A DNA stretch of 64,000 nucleotides from a virus (taxonomy: Duplodnaviria; Heunggongvirae; Uroviricota; Caudoviricetes): the IMG/VR virus record IMGVR_UViG_3300034157_000063. One strand, 5' to 3'. Every line of letters begins with the position of its first letter. The first letter of the stretch is position 1. The translations under genes and the position numbers were made by a program. This document shows, piece by piece, positions 39,664-48,512 of the stretch. The notes beneath the pieces were generated by a model. That model ran no database searches, was not told the origin of the DNA, and was given only the letters and a program-made list of their open reading frames with translations.

Positions 39664-40428
39664 TTAAAATTTGATAATTTTGTGTAGTGTCATTAAGTTG
39701 TCAAAATGCGTTTTGTTCTTGATAAGGTTCGGGTCCAAAATATTGCAGTTATCACTTTCTGTTAAATCTAAATAGGATTGAATAGCATTAAATAATTCAT
39801 TTTCTTTGTAATATCCATCTTCAGCCATAAAACAATGATTGAGTTCTTTTCCTGTGCTTGAATAGATTAAATTGTTATTTGTCATTGGAAATAAGATCAT
39901 ATTTTTTGTATTCATTAATACTAAACCTTCGTCTGTATCACTTAACTCACCAAAGAAAATAATGTTAGGTGCTCGCCTCATTGCTGCCCGTATTGAAGCC
40001 GACCAGACATTCTTCTTCATAATGTCATCGTGTTTCATGAAAAGTGAATTGTGATAGGCAAACCATATATCATAACTTTGAGTGTGGATATCATACGTTA
40101 CTTTAATGTATTTATCCATTGTTGAAATATCTGTTTCTGGTTGGAGTTTGTTGTAAATGTCAATGTAGACCATTAATAGTTCATTAAACTCGTTGACGGC
40201 TGTTTGAGAGACAGTATTTAAATAGAAGAAAGATTGTTCAAATGTCATTATAAAATTAACAATTTGATCATTGACAGTAATCGTTGGTCGATGGTAGTGA
40301 TCATTACAGAGGTTATCATCAATAATAAAGACATTATTATTTTTAATCGTTTTATTGACGGTTATTAAAGCTTTATCTATTTGACCTGATGTAATCCTTT
40401 TCATGCACTCTGTAATAGCTTCAATCAT
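39664..40428 (-). CDS. paralog with secretion-ATPase Walker-B-like insert, variant tail
   Basis: IRAAMRRAPNIIFFGELSD; shared ELFxAIQSYLxLTESDxCNILDPNLIK. Confidence 0.75.
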   Translation of the reverse strand: MIEAITECMKRITSGQIDKALITVNKTIKNNNVFIIDDNLCNDHYHRPTITVNDQIVNFIMTFEQSFFYLNTVSQTAVNEFNELLMVYIDIYNKLQPETDISTMDKYIKVTYDIHTQSYDIWFAYHNSLFMKHDDIMKKNVWSASIRAAMRRAPNIIFFGELSDTDEGLVLMNTKNMILFPMTNNNLIYSSTGKELNHCFMAEDGYYKENELFNAIQSYLDLTESDNCNILDPNLIKNKTHFDNLMTLHKIIKF

Positions 40429-40449
40429 TGCTGACTCTCCTATTTAAAA

Positions 40450-40833
40450 CTACGCTTTTTCAGTCACAACACGCTTACAATAATAAGTCTTCTCATTTCC
40501 AGCAGTTTTCTTAAAACTTATTTTATTTTTATTGAGTTCTTTAACCTTGGCAAACTTTATATTTCCATTGTAAAGATTGTAGGTATTTTCTTTTACCTTA
40601 CTGGCTTCTGGATAGTAGTCTGGGAGTTTTTTACCATTTTCGAAGATGGTTGAGTCTGTTATCTTTAAATTCATGATCACTACTGATTCTTTTTGATGGC
40701 AGTTCCAATCACCTATGAATGGGTATTCTTCGACCTTGTTTTCTATTAATGCAACGTATAAAACAATTGCAACTATAGAAATACCAATTCCAAGTAATGT
40801 AAAAATTCTTTTATAATTTATTTTATGATGCAT
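40450..40833 (-). CDS. membrane-anchored protein
   Basis: N-terminal TM; FIGDWNC. Confidence 0.7.
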   Translation of the reverse strand: MHHKINYKRIFTLLGIGISIVAIVLYVALIENKVEEYPFIGDWNCHQKESVVIMNLKITDSTIFENGKKLPDYYPEASKVKENTYNLYNGNIKFAKVKELNKNKISFKKTAGNEKTYYCKRVVTEKA

Positions 40834-40941
40834 TTTAAAAATTCTCCTATTCCAACATTATACTTATTAACAAGAAAACTCAAGCGAAATTAAATAAAAA
40901 AACCCTTCGAAAAGGGCTTTTTTTAATAAATCAACACACCA

Positions 40942-41550
40942 TTAGAAATGGTAGTTCAAACCAAGATACATTGTTTTGTTATTCTTCAATGTGGCTGTTC
41001 CTACTTTATCACCATCTTCACGGAAATCGACGTTGTTGTTGTTCAGCATGTATTTTAAACCGCCTTCAACTTCGAAGTTCTCAGCAACAGTTTGTAGAAC
41101 ACCTACTTGACCACCGTATGTGAGTCCATATGAACGGTTACTGGTGTAACCTGCTGTTGTGTTATTCAAGCTGTTGACACCTGCAGAAAGACCTGCGAAT
41201 ACTCGTGTACCCATGTCGTTGACTGGATAGATGTAATCGGCTGAACCGATTAAGTTCTCTTGAGTGAGTTTATTGTGATGAGCTGCACCGGATGTGTAGT
41301 CGTAAGTGGCGTAAAATCTTTTGTCGCCTAAATCTTTACCAGCTCTAATTCCCCAAGTTGTGTCTTGGTTGAACACGTTATTGAAATCAGCATAATCAAG
41401 GTTATCTTTTGCGGCTTGACTACTTGTTACTCTGGACCAAGTTTGACCGACTGTGCCACCAACAAATGTTGATTCGGTTGCACTAGCAACGCCGATTGAA
41501 CCCATTGAACTGATTGCCATAATTGTTGCTGCAAGCACTAATTTCTTCAT
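40942..41550 (-). CDS. oprH: OprH-like 8-stranded outer-membrane beta-barrel
   Basis: Signal peptide; TWGIRAG, RFYATY, KLTQENLIGSAD, GVLQ, VEGGLKY, YLGLNYHF match recalled Pseudomonas OprH blocks. Confidence 0.8.
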   Translation of the reverse strand: MKKLVLAATIMAISSMGSIGVASATESTFVGGTVGQTWSRVTSSQAAKDNLDYADFNNVFNQDTTWGIRAGKDLGDKRFYATYDYTSGAAHHNKLTQENLIGSADYIYPVNDMGTRVFAGLSAGVNSLNNTTAGYTSNRSYGLTYGGQVGVLQTVAENFEVEGGLKYMLNNNNVDFREDGDKVGTATLKNNKTMYLGLNYHF

Positions 41551-41854
41551 AATCATTTTCCTCTTAGGTTGATTTCCTACCAGCCTAACACATAAAATAT
41601 TGAAATCAACACGTTACAGCTTGCAAGCTTAGATAGTGAGTGAATATTGACGCTTGCATTTACTTTTAAATAATGAAAAATATATAACCAAAAAGAACTT
41701 GAAAATATTTTTTATGTCTTTTTTATTTACATAACGGCATAAAATTATGTTATTATTGCCTTATTCGGCCTTTTATTTTTTCTAATAATTATCAAACCGT
41801 TTGACCTTTTATTGATTTTTTAGTATAATCATCTCAATTCTAATGGAGAACATC

Positions 41855-42298
41855 ATGACTGAGACAACTGAATTCTATAGCACTACTCTTCTTAATAGTA
41901 CAGGTGACATTACCTTGACGTGGGAAGACGGTGAAGATGCTGAAATCAAGAAAATGATTCAAGATAAAATTGATGCTGGTTATTGCTTTTTTATCCTTGA
42001 ACCGCGTGTTGCGTTTCTTAAAGCTCTAGGTTCTAAAAAGAAGACTATTCGTAATATCTCTGAAATCAAAGGCCGTGAAGTTGTCATGGAAACTGATGCC
42101 ATTAAAGGTGGTGCAAAAGCTATTCTGGGTGAAACGTTGAAACTGGGTGACGAAGCGTCTGAAAACCTTTTCAAAGCCGGTCGTATTGGTATTGCTAACG
42201 TTCCAGAATCAAGCTATAATACAGTCGGTAAAGCGAAGACTGCTACCGAAGTTATGAAAAACCACACGATTGCTACTCCACGTATTGTAGCCGGTTAA
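41855..42298 (+). CDS. hypothetical protein ending PRIVAG
   Basis: GGAG RBS; LNSTGDITLTW motif; C-terminal Gly. Confidence 0.8.
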   Translation: MTETTEFYSTTLLNSTGDITLTWEDGEDAEIKKMIQDKIDAGYCFFILEPRVAFLKALGSKKKTIRNISEIKGREVVMETDAIKGGAKAILGETLKLGDEASENLFKAGRIGIANVPESSYNTVGKAKTATEVMKNHTIATPRIVAG

Positions 42299-42309
42299 GA
42301 GGAAGTTTT

Positions 42310-43641
42310 ATGCCCACTATTGCAAGCCCCGACATTCATTATGTTATGGATTCAGCTTTTGAACTCTTGGAGATGACTCCAGATGTTCATAATGCTTCAT
42401 TTTTTGCTAACTTGAATCTTAATAACTACTTCGACATGTATGACGTTGGATATTCAACAGAAGGGGCTTGTTCATCTATGATAAACCTTTCAACCATGAT
42501 GTATGAATGGATGGCTGATCAAGATCAATTAACTCAGGGAGTATTGCTTTCAACGAATGTGTATGCCTCGAATATGCAATTCAATGAGTTTGTAGGCAGT
42601 GTGACCAATATTCTTGTTCGTAACTATTTAAACAATAATGGTATCGAAGAAAAAACAAATTCTTTCTATACTATGATGGGTCGTGAGCGTAATGTGGTCA
42701 ATATTTTGAATGAATCCGATATTTTGTTCCCAGCCAATATTGCAACGGTGATTATGCAAGAAAATCGCTTGTATGAATATATGGTTAATATCAAAGACCG
42801 ATTGAAGCTTTCAATGAATGTCACTGCGACTGCTGATGAGCTTAGAAAACATCATGTGGCTATGCTTACCAAGTCGATTGAAGGCACTAATATGGTTCTC
42901 ACTGATGGCAACCGTATTGTTGATCGTGATGATATTGTAACCAGAGCAGTTGAAAATGAGCGTGTTTCATCGGCAAGAAAAGCAATTAAAAAAGGGGTTA
43001 AAAAGTTTGTTAACCTTTTTGGTAAGAAAAATATCACTAGTTTTGTGAACGGTGATGGCTTTACAGTGCAAGGTGAAAAATACAACTGGCATTTTCGTCA
43101 GAAACGTAGTGTGTCTTTAATTAATATGACCCACAGTCCATTGAAAGGACATATCCCTTATGAATTATCATTGATGAATAAAGATAATGTCGTGATGGCT
43201 GATTGCTGTGTATTTGTGGCTGAGAATACACCTATTATTGACCAAATTATTACCATTGTTCTTCATATTCAAAACGATGAAGATCAGTTGTTGGCTCATT
43301 GTAATTTGTTTAATGTTCGACCTACAATGGATAATGGTATTCTTTATCATAACAGACCCAAAGAAAGCAGTAGCACGTCTGCACAATCGACAGCTCTTGC
43401 GATTTCTGAATATACCACTGAATTTAACCGTTTGAATGCATTTTACAAACAACATGTTAAGGATTGTGTGGCTGATGTGATTGGCATTGATCGTAAGTTC
43501 TTTAATTATCTGCTTGCTAACAAACGTAGTCCAATAATGGAATCCAACTCATGTCCAACCTATATCAATGCTCAGTCACCTAATCAGATCTCACAATTTT
43601 ACATTGATGAATTTAAAAACACTCAAAATCTTTTGACATAA
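42310..43641 (+). CDS. hypothetical protein, operon partner of the previous gene
   Basis: GAGG RBS; DCCVF..NTPIIDQ..EDQLLAHCN. Confidence 0.8.
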   Translation: MPTIASPDIHYVMDSAFELLEMTPDVHNASFFANLNLNNYFDMYDVGYSTEGACSSMINLSTMMYEWMADQDQLTQGVLLSTNVYASNMQFNEFVGSVTNILVRNYLNNNGIEEKTNSFYTMMGRERNVVNILNESDILFPANIATVIMQENRLYEYMVNIKDRLKLSMNVTATADELRKHHVAMLTKSIEGTNMVLTDGNRIVDRDDIVTRAVENERVSSARKAIKKGVKKFVNLFGKKNITSFVNGDGFTVQGEKYNWHFRQKRSVSLINMTHSPLKGHIPYELSLMNKDNVVMADCCVFVAENTPIIDQIITIVLHIQNDEDQLLAHCNLFNVRPTMDNGILYHNRPKESSSTSAQSTALAISEYTTEFNRLNAFYKQHVKDCVADVIGIDRKFFNYLLANKRSPIMESNSCPTYINAQSPNQISQFYIDEFKNTQNLLT

Positions 43642-43708
43642 TTGATTGCACATAGATCCTCTTTTTGCTATAATACTCGCATATTATAAATGAATGAGGA
43701 TTTTCACA

Positions 43709-44338
43709 ATGGTATCAAAGACTAATCAAGTTTTGAAAAATGAAGAAGTTCTTACTTTCTTGACTGCCTTATTCCCTAACATCGTTAATCTGAAAGATTT
43801 GGGTGATGGCAGCATTGAAATTGAAACTGATAAATTCTTTACCACCGCTAGCGTTATGTTTATTGATAATAAGTTTATCGTTCAAACCAACCTTCCAGAA
43901 AGTTATCGCATTGACCAAGACAGTAGTATCATTGATTATATTGATGGTTTTGGTTATTTTTATCAATTGTTCAACGTGAACCCATTTCTCTTCAAATTTG
44001 ATAAAATTCGTAAAGTCATCTATGAAGAACATAGTAATATGGCAATTGTTAAATTTATGTTTGACACCTCCTTCGGTGTTTCAGCATTCCTTTCATTCTC
44101 ACCTAAGAAATCTTACTTGAGTTTGAATGGTGTTGTTATCAACTTGAAGAAACAAGAAGCGATTGATGTTCATTATAACGACATCTTCTCTCGTTTTCTG
44201 GCTGAAAAGTCTGTTTCCGAACTAAAAGTGTCAGGTGTTGAAGCTCATCGTATCAATCAATTTCTTATCGAAGAAGACATTGAACCTTGTAATTTCATTG
44301 ATGAACACCTTGAAATTATTAAAATGGTTGACTTTTAA
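43709..44338 (+). CDS. hypothetical protein, tail family
   Basis: TGCTATAAT at 43666; ends LEIIKMVDF. Confidence 0.8.
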   Translation: MVSKTNQVLKNEEVLTFLTALFPNIVNLKDLGDGSIEIETDKFFTTASVMFIDNKFIVQTNLPESYRIDQDSSIIDYIDGFGYFYQLFNVNPFLFKFDKIRKVIYEEHSNMAIVKFMFDTSFGVSAFLSFSPKKSYLSLNGVVINLKKQEAIDVHYNDIFSRFLAEKSVSELKVSGVEAHRINQFLIEEDIEPCNFIDEHLEIIKMVDF

Positions 44339-44384
44339 CTTTGTAAAAATATGGTAAAATATACCTAACAATATAAAGAAAAAC

Positions 44385-45878
44385 ATGTCTAAAATAATCA
44401 TAGTTCATTCATTATCCGAATCAAAACTCAGAAAAGCCGTTGAACTTGGTGGAATGCCTCTACCCAGCATCGCGGCTATGAAACCTGATAATGAGTTTAC
44501 CCGTTTTGGTAACATCACCTTCATTCTAAAACCAGAATCTGTTAATCCAAAAGATAAGAAAAATCTATTTTTTGATCGTGATATATTTTCTCAGAGAATT
44601 CCAGAACTCTATTACGATATAGACAAGAAAGCTCTTAGCAGTCTTCATAAACAATTAGACACTATGGTCGATAACAATAAAAGTCTTGAACCTTTATTTA
44701 ATTTGTATGATTTGGATTCATTAAAAAGAAAATCATCTGATTATATTGAAGACCGTTTGAAATCAAGTCCTCTTGTTCGTTTGATGTTTATACAAAAAAT
44801 GAATCCTTCTTATGAACTTCCTACTAAGGTTGATAAATTGCAATCTGATCTTTCATCTGATCTTATTTTTCAAGACTATATGAAAAAAAGAATACACACA
44901 CTTCAACATGATGATGACTTCAAGTCAGCCCTACATGCTGTCTTAGAAAGAAGACATGCTTACTACAAAGACACTATTGGTTTGACAATTGCTGATGATA
45001 TTATGGCTGATTATAAGAAAGCTATCTTTAATCAACATGGCGATATTAATAGTTATTCAAGTGATCTTGAAAAAATTGTGAATGATGTTAAGCGTTATTC
45101 TGGTGTCTCTAAAATATTAGATATTGAGAAGGCTAGGGATGAATTAAGCAAGTTTGCTGATAGTCATACTGCTGATTACAGTGAATTCTTTTCTGACCTT
45201 ACGCAAGATATCTTTGTTAAGCCGCATTTGAGAAATGGCACCCGAAAAGTTGAATATAACTTAGATACGATTTCTAAGTATATGTTAAGACAGCAAGTAA
45301 CCGGAGCAGAAGATGTTAATGATACCAGTATTGGTAAAATATCTTCCAGTTACTCCACACAATTTACTTCTTATGATGACATGATTAGCTATGTTGATAA
45401 ATTAGACACAATGGAAGACCGTCACAATCAAACAGATGCTCTTAATAAGAGAATTTTCGATTTGGCTGAAAAAATACAGCCACACTCCCCTTATTCAAGA
45501 TTTTTTGATGTTCAAGAATATTTATCTTTGGCATTAACACGAGTCTCAACTTTAGAACAGTTTTCTACAAAATTATCTAAACAAGGTTTTGATGTTACTG
45601 CTATACCACAAGATGTCATTAATGAAGGTTTTGACATCTGTCATGGGATTAAAAATCTAAGCAGTCATTATTTTGAAGGAAAGCCACAAAAAGTTATCTA
45701 TTTTGATGACTTCCAAGCGGTAGCACTACCAAAGAATACTGCACCAGACATTATCAAAGCTCTTGATGGTAAAGTGAATATCCACTTCTATGAAACACAA
45801 GAAGAAAAGAAAGCAATATTCTCAAAATACTCATTTGATTCAGCACCTAAAAAACTCAATAAGTTAAAAAACTTTTGA
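44385..45878 (+). CDS. polyvalent-protein-type domain protein, possible ADP-ribosyltransferase fold
   Basis: VHSL..LGGMPLPSIA..FGNIT and YFEGKP motifs; Lys-rich tail. Confidence 0.45.
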   Translation: MSKIIIVHSLSESKLRKAVELGGMPLPSIAAMKPDNEFTRFGNITFILKPESVNPKDKKNLFFDRDIFSQRIPELYYDIDKKALSSLHKQLDTMVDNNKSLEPLFNLYDLDSLKRKSSDYIEDRLKSSPLVRLMFIQKMNPSYELPTKVDKLQSDLSSDLIFQDYMKKRIHTLQHDDDFKSALHAVLERRHAYYKDTIGLTIADDIMADYKKAIFNQHGDINSYSSDLEKIVNDVKRYSGVSKILDIEKARDELSKFADSHTADYSEFFSDLTQDIFVKPHLRNGTRKVEYNLDTISKYMLRQQVTGAEDVNDTSIGKISSSYSTQFTSYDDMISYVDKLDTMEDRHNQTDALNKRIFDLAEKIQPHSPYSRFFDVQEYLSLALTRVSTLEQFSTKLSKQGFDVTAIPQDVINEGFDICHGIKNLSSHYFEGKPQKVIYFDDFQAVALPKNTAPDIIKALDGKVNIHFYETQEEKKAIFSKYSFDSAPKKLNKLKNF

Positions 45879-45984
45879 TATAGGTGTTGACATCCATCCA
45901 TTCCTATAATAAAATAGCGTCATATTCAAAAAGACGCAACACTTTGAATACAAAGCTTAAAACCAAATAAAAATAAAAAACTTG

Positions 45985-46013
45985 TTGACACCGAAAGGTT
46001 TTTTAGGTAAGAT
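45985..46013 (+). promoter_or_regulatory. sigma70 promoter of tRNA region
   Basis: TTGACA-N17-TAAGAT with upstream A-tracts. Confidence 0.75.
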
Positions 46014-46044
46014 AAGCGAATGAAAACAACGAAGTAAAAAATAT

Positions 46045-46121
46045 GTCTGCGTAGCTCAGTTGGATAGAGCATCCGCCTTCTAAGCGGATGGTCGTTGGTT
46101 CGAATCCAACCGTAGACACCA
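46045..46121 (+). tRNA. tRNA-Arg(UCU)
   Basis: Cloverleaf GTCTGCG/CGTAGAC, loop CTTCTAA, TTCGAAT, CCA. Confidence 0.95.
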
Positions 46122-46140
46122 AATTTAGGAGTAACCTTTA

Positions 46141-46542
46141 ATGCTATATGAAGAACACATTGTTCTAATTAACAAAGGTAAATCATTGTCAGTTGGTGAT
46201 GATGTGAAAGTTTTGATTGATTATTCGTTATGTTCTGGTAAAGTTTCTAAGGTGAATCCGAAAGGTGTTAAAGTTTTTATCATGGATGCTTTGGGTTGTA
46301 TTGTTTATGAATCTAATTTTAAATACGAGAAAGTTATTAAATTAGGTACAAAGGGTGTTCTTGTTTGGGAAGCATGGAAAGGTAGAAATGGTCGTGGTGG
46401 CTATCGGTTTGATACTGTCATGTATCCAGAGTTGGCAGGAAATGTTGAAGATATTCGTGGTAATACTTATTTGTATGAAACTTCGTTTGGGTTTGTTGGT
46501 CAGCGTGAGCAACAAATGTATGCTGATAAATTTGTAAAATAG
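46141..46542 (+). CDS. hypothetical protein in tRNA cluster
   Basis: AGGAG RBS. Confidence 0.75.
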   Translation: MLYEEHIVLINKGKSLSVGDDVKVLIDYSLCSGKVSKVNPKGVKVFIMDALGCIVYESNFKYEKVIKLGTKGVLVWEAWKGRNGRGGYRFDTVMYPELAGNVEDIRGNTYLYETSFGFVGQREQQMYADKFVK

Positions 46543-46553
46543 TGGTTATTTAA

Positions 46554-46630
46554 GGGACTTTAGCTCAGTTGGTTAGAGCGTCCGACTCATAATCGGCAGG
46601 TCGTAGGTTCAAGTCCTACAAGTCCCACCA
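46554..46630 (+). tRNA. tRNA-CAU (Ile2-like; Met not excluded), copy 1
   Basis: GGGACTT/AAGTCCC, loop CTCATAA, CCA. Confidence 0.9.
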
Positions 46631-46656
46631 AATTTAGAAATAAATTAAATAAAAGC

Positions 46657-46685
46657 TTGATTAGTGTCAGATGTTAATGTATAAT
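46657..46685 (+). promoter_or_regulatory. sigma70 promoter preceding CUA tRNA
   Basis: TTGATT-N17-TATAAT. Confidence 0.7.
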
Positions 46686-46717
46686 TACTCAACACAAACA
46701 AGCAGTAAAGATTAAAT

Positions 46718-46793
46718 GCTTTGGTAGCTCAGCGGTAAGAGCAGCGGTCCCTAAAACCGATGGTCACGGGTTCGAATCCCGTCCTTAGCACCA
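46718..46793 (+). tRNA. atypical tRNA with CUA (amber) anticodon
   Basis: D and T arms intact, loop CCCTAAA, CCA end; two U-U mismatches in acceptor stem; C33. Confidence 0.7.
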
Positions 46794-46797
46794 GTTT

Positions 46798-46934
46798 TTC
46801 TACGCCGTTCGATTTGCTGAATCCGATTAAGTTTGGACACCGAATTGACTAGTGTGTTGCAAGTTACTAGGAAAATCGCCAGAAACACTTGTGTTTTAGT
46901 GCGAGGATGCTGTTAGCTTACGCAGCGGGTAGAA
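46798..46934 (+). ncRNA. candidate structured ncRNA between tRNAs
   Basis: Closing stem TTCTAC/GTAGAA plus several internal hairpins; GC above background. Confidence 0.45.
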
Positions 46935-46940
46935 TTTTAC

Positions 46941-47024
46941 GCCCGAGTGGTGGAATGGTAGACGCGGGGGACTTAAAATCCCCTTCCTTACGGAGTGCCG
47001 GTTCGAGTCCGGCCTCGGGCACCA
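46941..47024 (+). tRNA. tRNA-Leu(UAA)
   Basis: GCCCGAG/CTCGGGC, loop CTTAAAA, long variable arm, CCA. Confidence 0.95.
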
Positions 47025-47098
47025 GTTTTGATGGATTAAAACAATTCTTAATGTTAAAAGAACTTAATTGTTCAAAGAACTTAACTAGAGGATTTTTT

Positions 47099-47302
47099 AT
47101 GGATACTATTTTGAAAGTGTATACTTGTGATTTTGGATGGATGGGAAGCATTGTTGTATTAGCTACATCAAAGGAAGACGCTCGCAAGTTGATGGAAAAG
47201 TATGATAACTATCGCTGTAATGTTTGTAATGGTGAAGAACCTGAAATTGAAGAGTTCGCTCTTGAAGCTGGGTTCGTTCATTGTGATTATGGTGATACGT
47301 GA
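47099..47302 (+). CDS. small hypothetical protein
   Basis: GAGG RBS; true start lies after tRNA-Leu. Confidence 0.7.
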   Translation: MDTILKVYTCDFGWMGSIVVLATSKEDARKLMEKYDNYRCNVCNGEEPEIEEFALEAGFVHCDYGDT

Positions 47303-47326
47303 TTTAAAAGAGCTTCGGCTCTCTAC

Positions 47327-47403
47327 GGGATTTTAGCTCAGTTGGTTAGAGCATCCGACTCATAATCGGCAGGTCGTAAGTTCAAGTCTTACAAGTCCCA
47401 CCA
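47327..47403 (+). tRNA. tRNA-CAU (Ile2-like), copy 2
   Basis: Four differences from copy 1; CCA. Confidence 0.9.
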
Positions 47404-47425
47404 AATTAAGATAATAGGATTACTT

Positions 47426-47677
47426 ATGAACAGTAATGATTTAATAAAATGGCAAGATAAAAACGAACGTCTTAATAAAGATGTCGAATTAACACTTGGT
47501 GTTCAATTAAAGGATTCTGCTGGTCATTGTGGGGTTGTTGTTAGGTTAGAACCGCCGACTGAATCATTTCAAGGCTGTATTTACGTTTGGCAGTCAGATA
47601 GAATTGGTTATGGTGACGATAATTGTGAGCATTATACCTACCATTACTGGAAACGTAATTTGCGTGTTGTTGAATAG
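47426..47677 (+). CDS. small hypothetical protein
   Basis: AGGA RBS. Confidence 0.7.
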   Translation: MNSNDLIKWQDKNERLNKDVELTLGVQLKDSAGHCGVVVRLEPPTESFQGCIYVWQSDRIGYGDDNCEHYTYHYWKRNLRVVE

Positions 47678-47694
47678 TAAAATATAGATTATAT

Positions 47695-47770
47695 TGGCGA
47701 ATAGCTCAGTTGGTAGAGCAGGTGACTGTTAATCACCGGGTCACAGGTTCGAGTCCTGTTTCGCCAGCCA
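47695..47770 (+). tRNA. tRNA-Asn(GUU)
   Basis: TGGCGAA/TTCGCCA, loop CTGTTAA, G73, CCA. Confidence 0.95.
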
Positions 47771-47788
47771 TATTAAGAGGTGCATGTT

Positions 47789-48112
47789 ATGGGATTAGGT
47801 CTAATACCAAAGTATGGTTTCTCATACAAAAAAGCATTTGATGAACGAGACTCTTCATTTTTTGAAAATCTCGAAAATTTTAACATCAGTCATGAAAGTG
47901 CTGACTTAACCTACACTTTTGATTTTTCATCAATGATGTGGGTTTATGAAGGTGAGACATTTTTTATTGGTAATGACCTAGTTCCAAGTAACGTGTTAAA
48001 ATTAGCAGTCCGTGAAGCCTTTATTAAAATTCTGGCGTCTGGCACTATTCCAGCCGATTACTGCAACGTTGCAGATTGGGAAGAAGGTTTAATTTTCCAA
48101 GTAATAAGTTAA
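47789..48112 (+). CDS. hypothetical protein
   Basis: GAGGTG RBS. Confidence 0.65.
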   Translation: MGLGLIPKYGFSYKKAFDERDSSFFENLENFNISHESADLTYTFDFSSMMWVYEGETFFIGNDLVPSNVLKLAVREAFIKILASGTIPADYCNVADWEEGLIFQVIS

Positions 48113-48124
48113 CAAGTTTTATAT

Positions 48125-48200
<76 letters not shown>

Positions 48201-48221
48201 ATTTCCAACGAGGTGATAACA

Positions 48222-48449
48222 ATGAAAACTATTCCAGAAAAAGATGTTTTAATTTGTATTTATTGCCTCGAAATGCAAGAACATCCTGCTATTGACTACA
48301 TTCCTTTCAATCCTAATCTCCAAGGTAGTGCAAAGCCCACACACAGCCCATCCGTTCAAGAAGAAAAATGCATTGAATGCGATTCTACGCTGTATCTTAA
48401 ATTGAATGACAACCATACAATATCAATCGCTAATACGCCATACATGTAA
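48222..48449 (+). CDS. small zinc-ribbon protein
   Basis: CIYC...CIEC; GAGGTG RBS. Confidence 0.7.
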   Translation: MKTIPEKDVLICIYCLEMQEHPAIDYIPFNPNLQGSAKPTHSPSVQEEKCIECDSTLYLKLNDNHTISIANTPYM

Positions 48450-48512
48450 CAATGTTCAGTTGCTTTTTTTTCATGTTGACACATAATGACTGTATAACAG
48501 TGGTGTATAGTC

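Noticed and set aside
41557-41700. PhoP box upstream of the oprH homolog
   Set aside because: No convincing GTTCAG-N5-GTTCAG-like direct repeat seen
46889-47098. ORF-track extension and antisense ORF across tRNA-Leu
   Set aside because: Overlap a clear tRNA; real start at 47099
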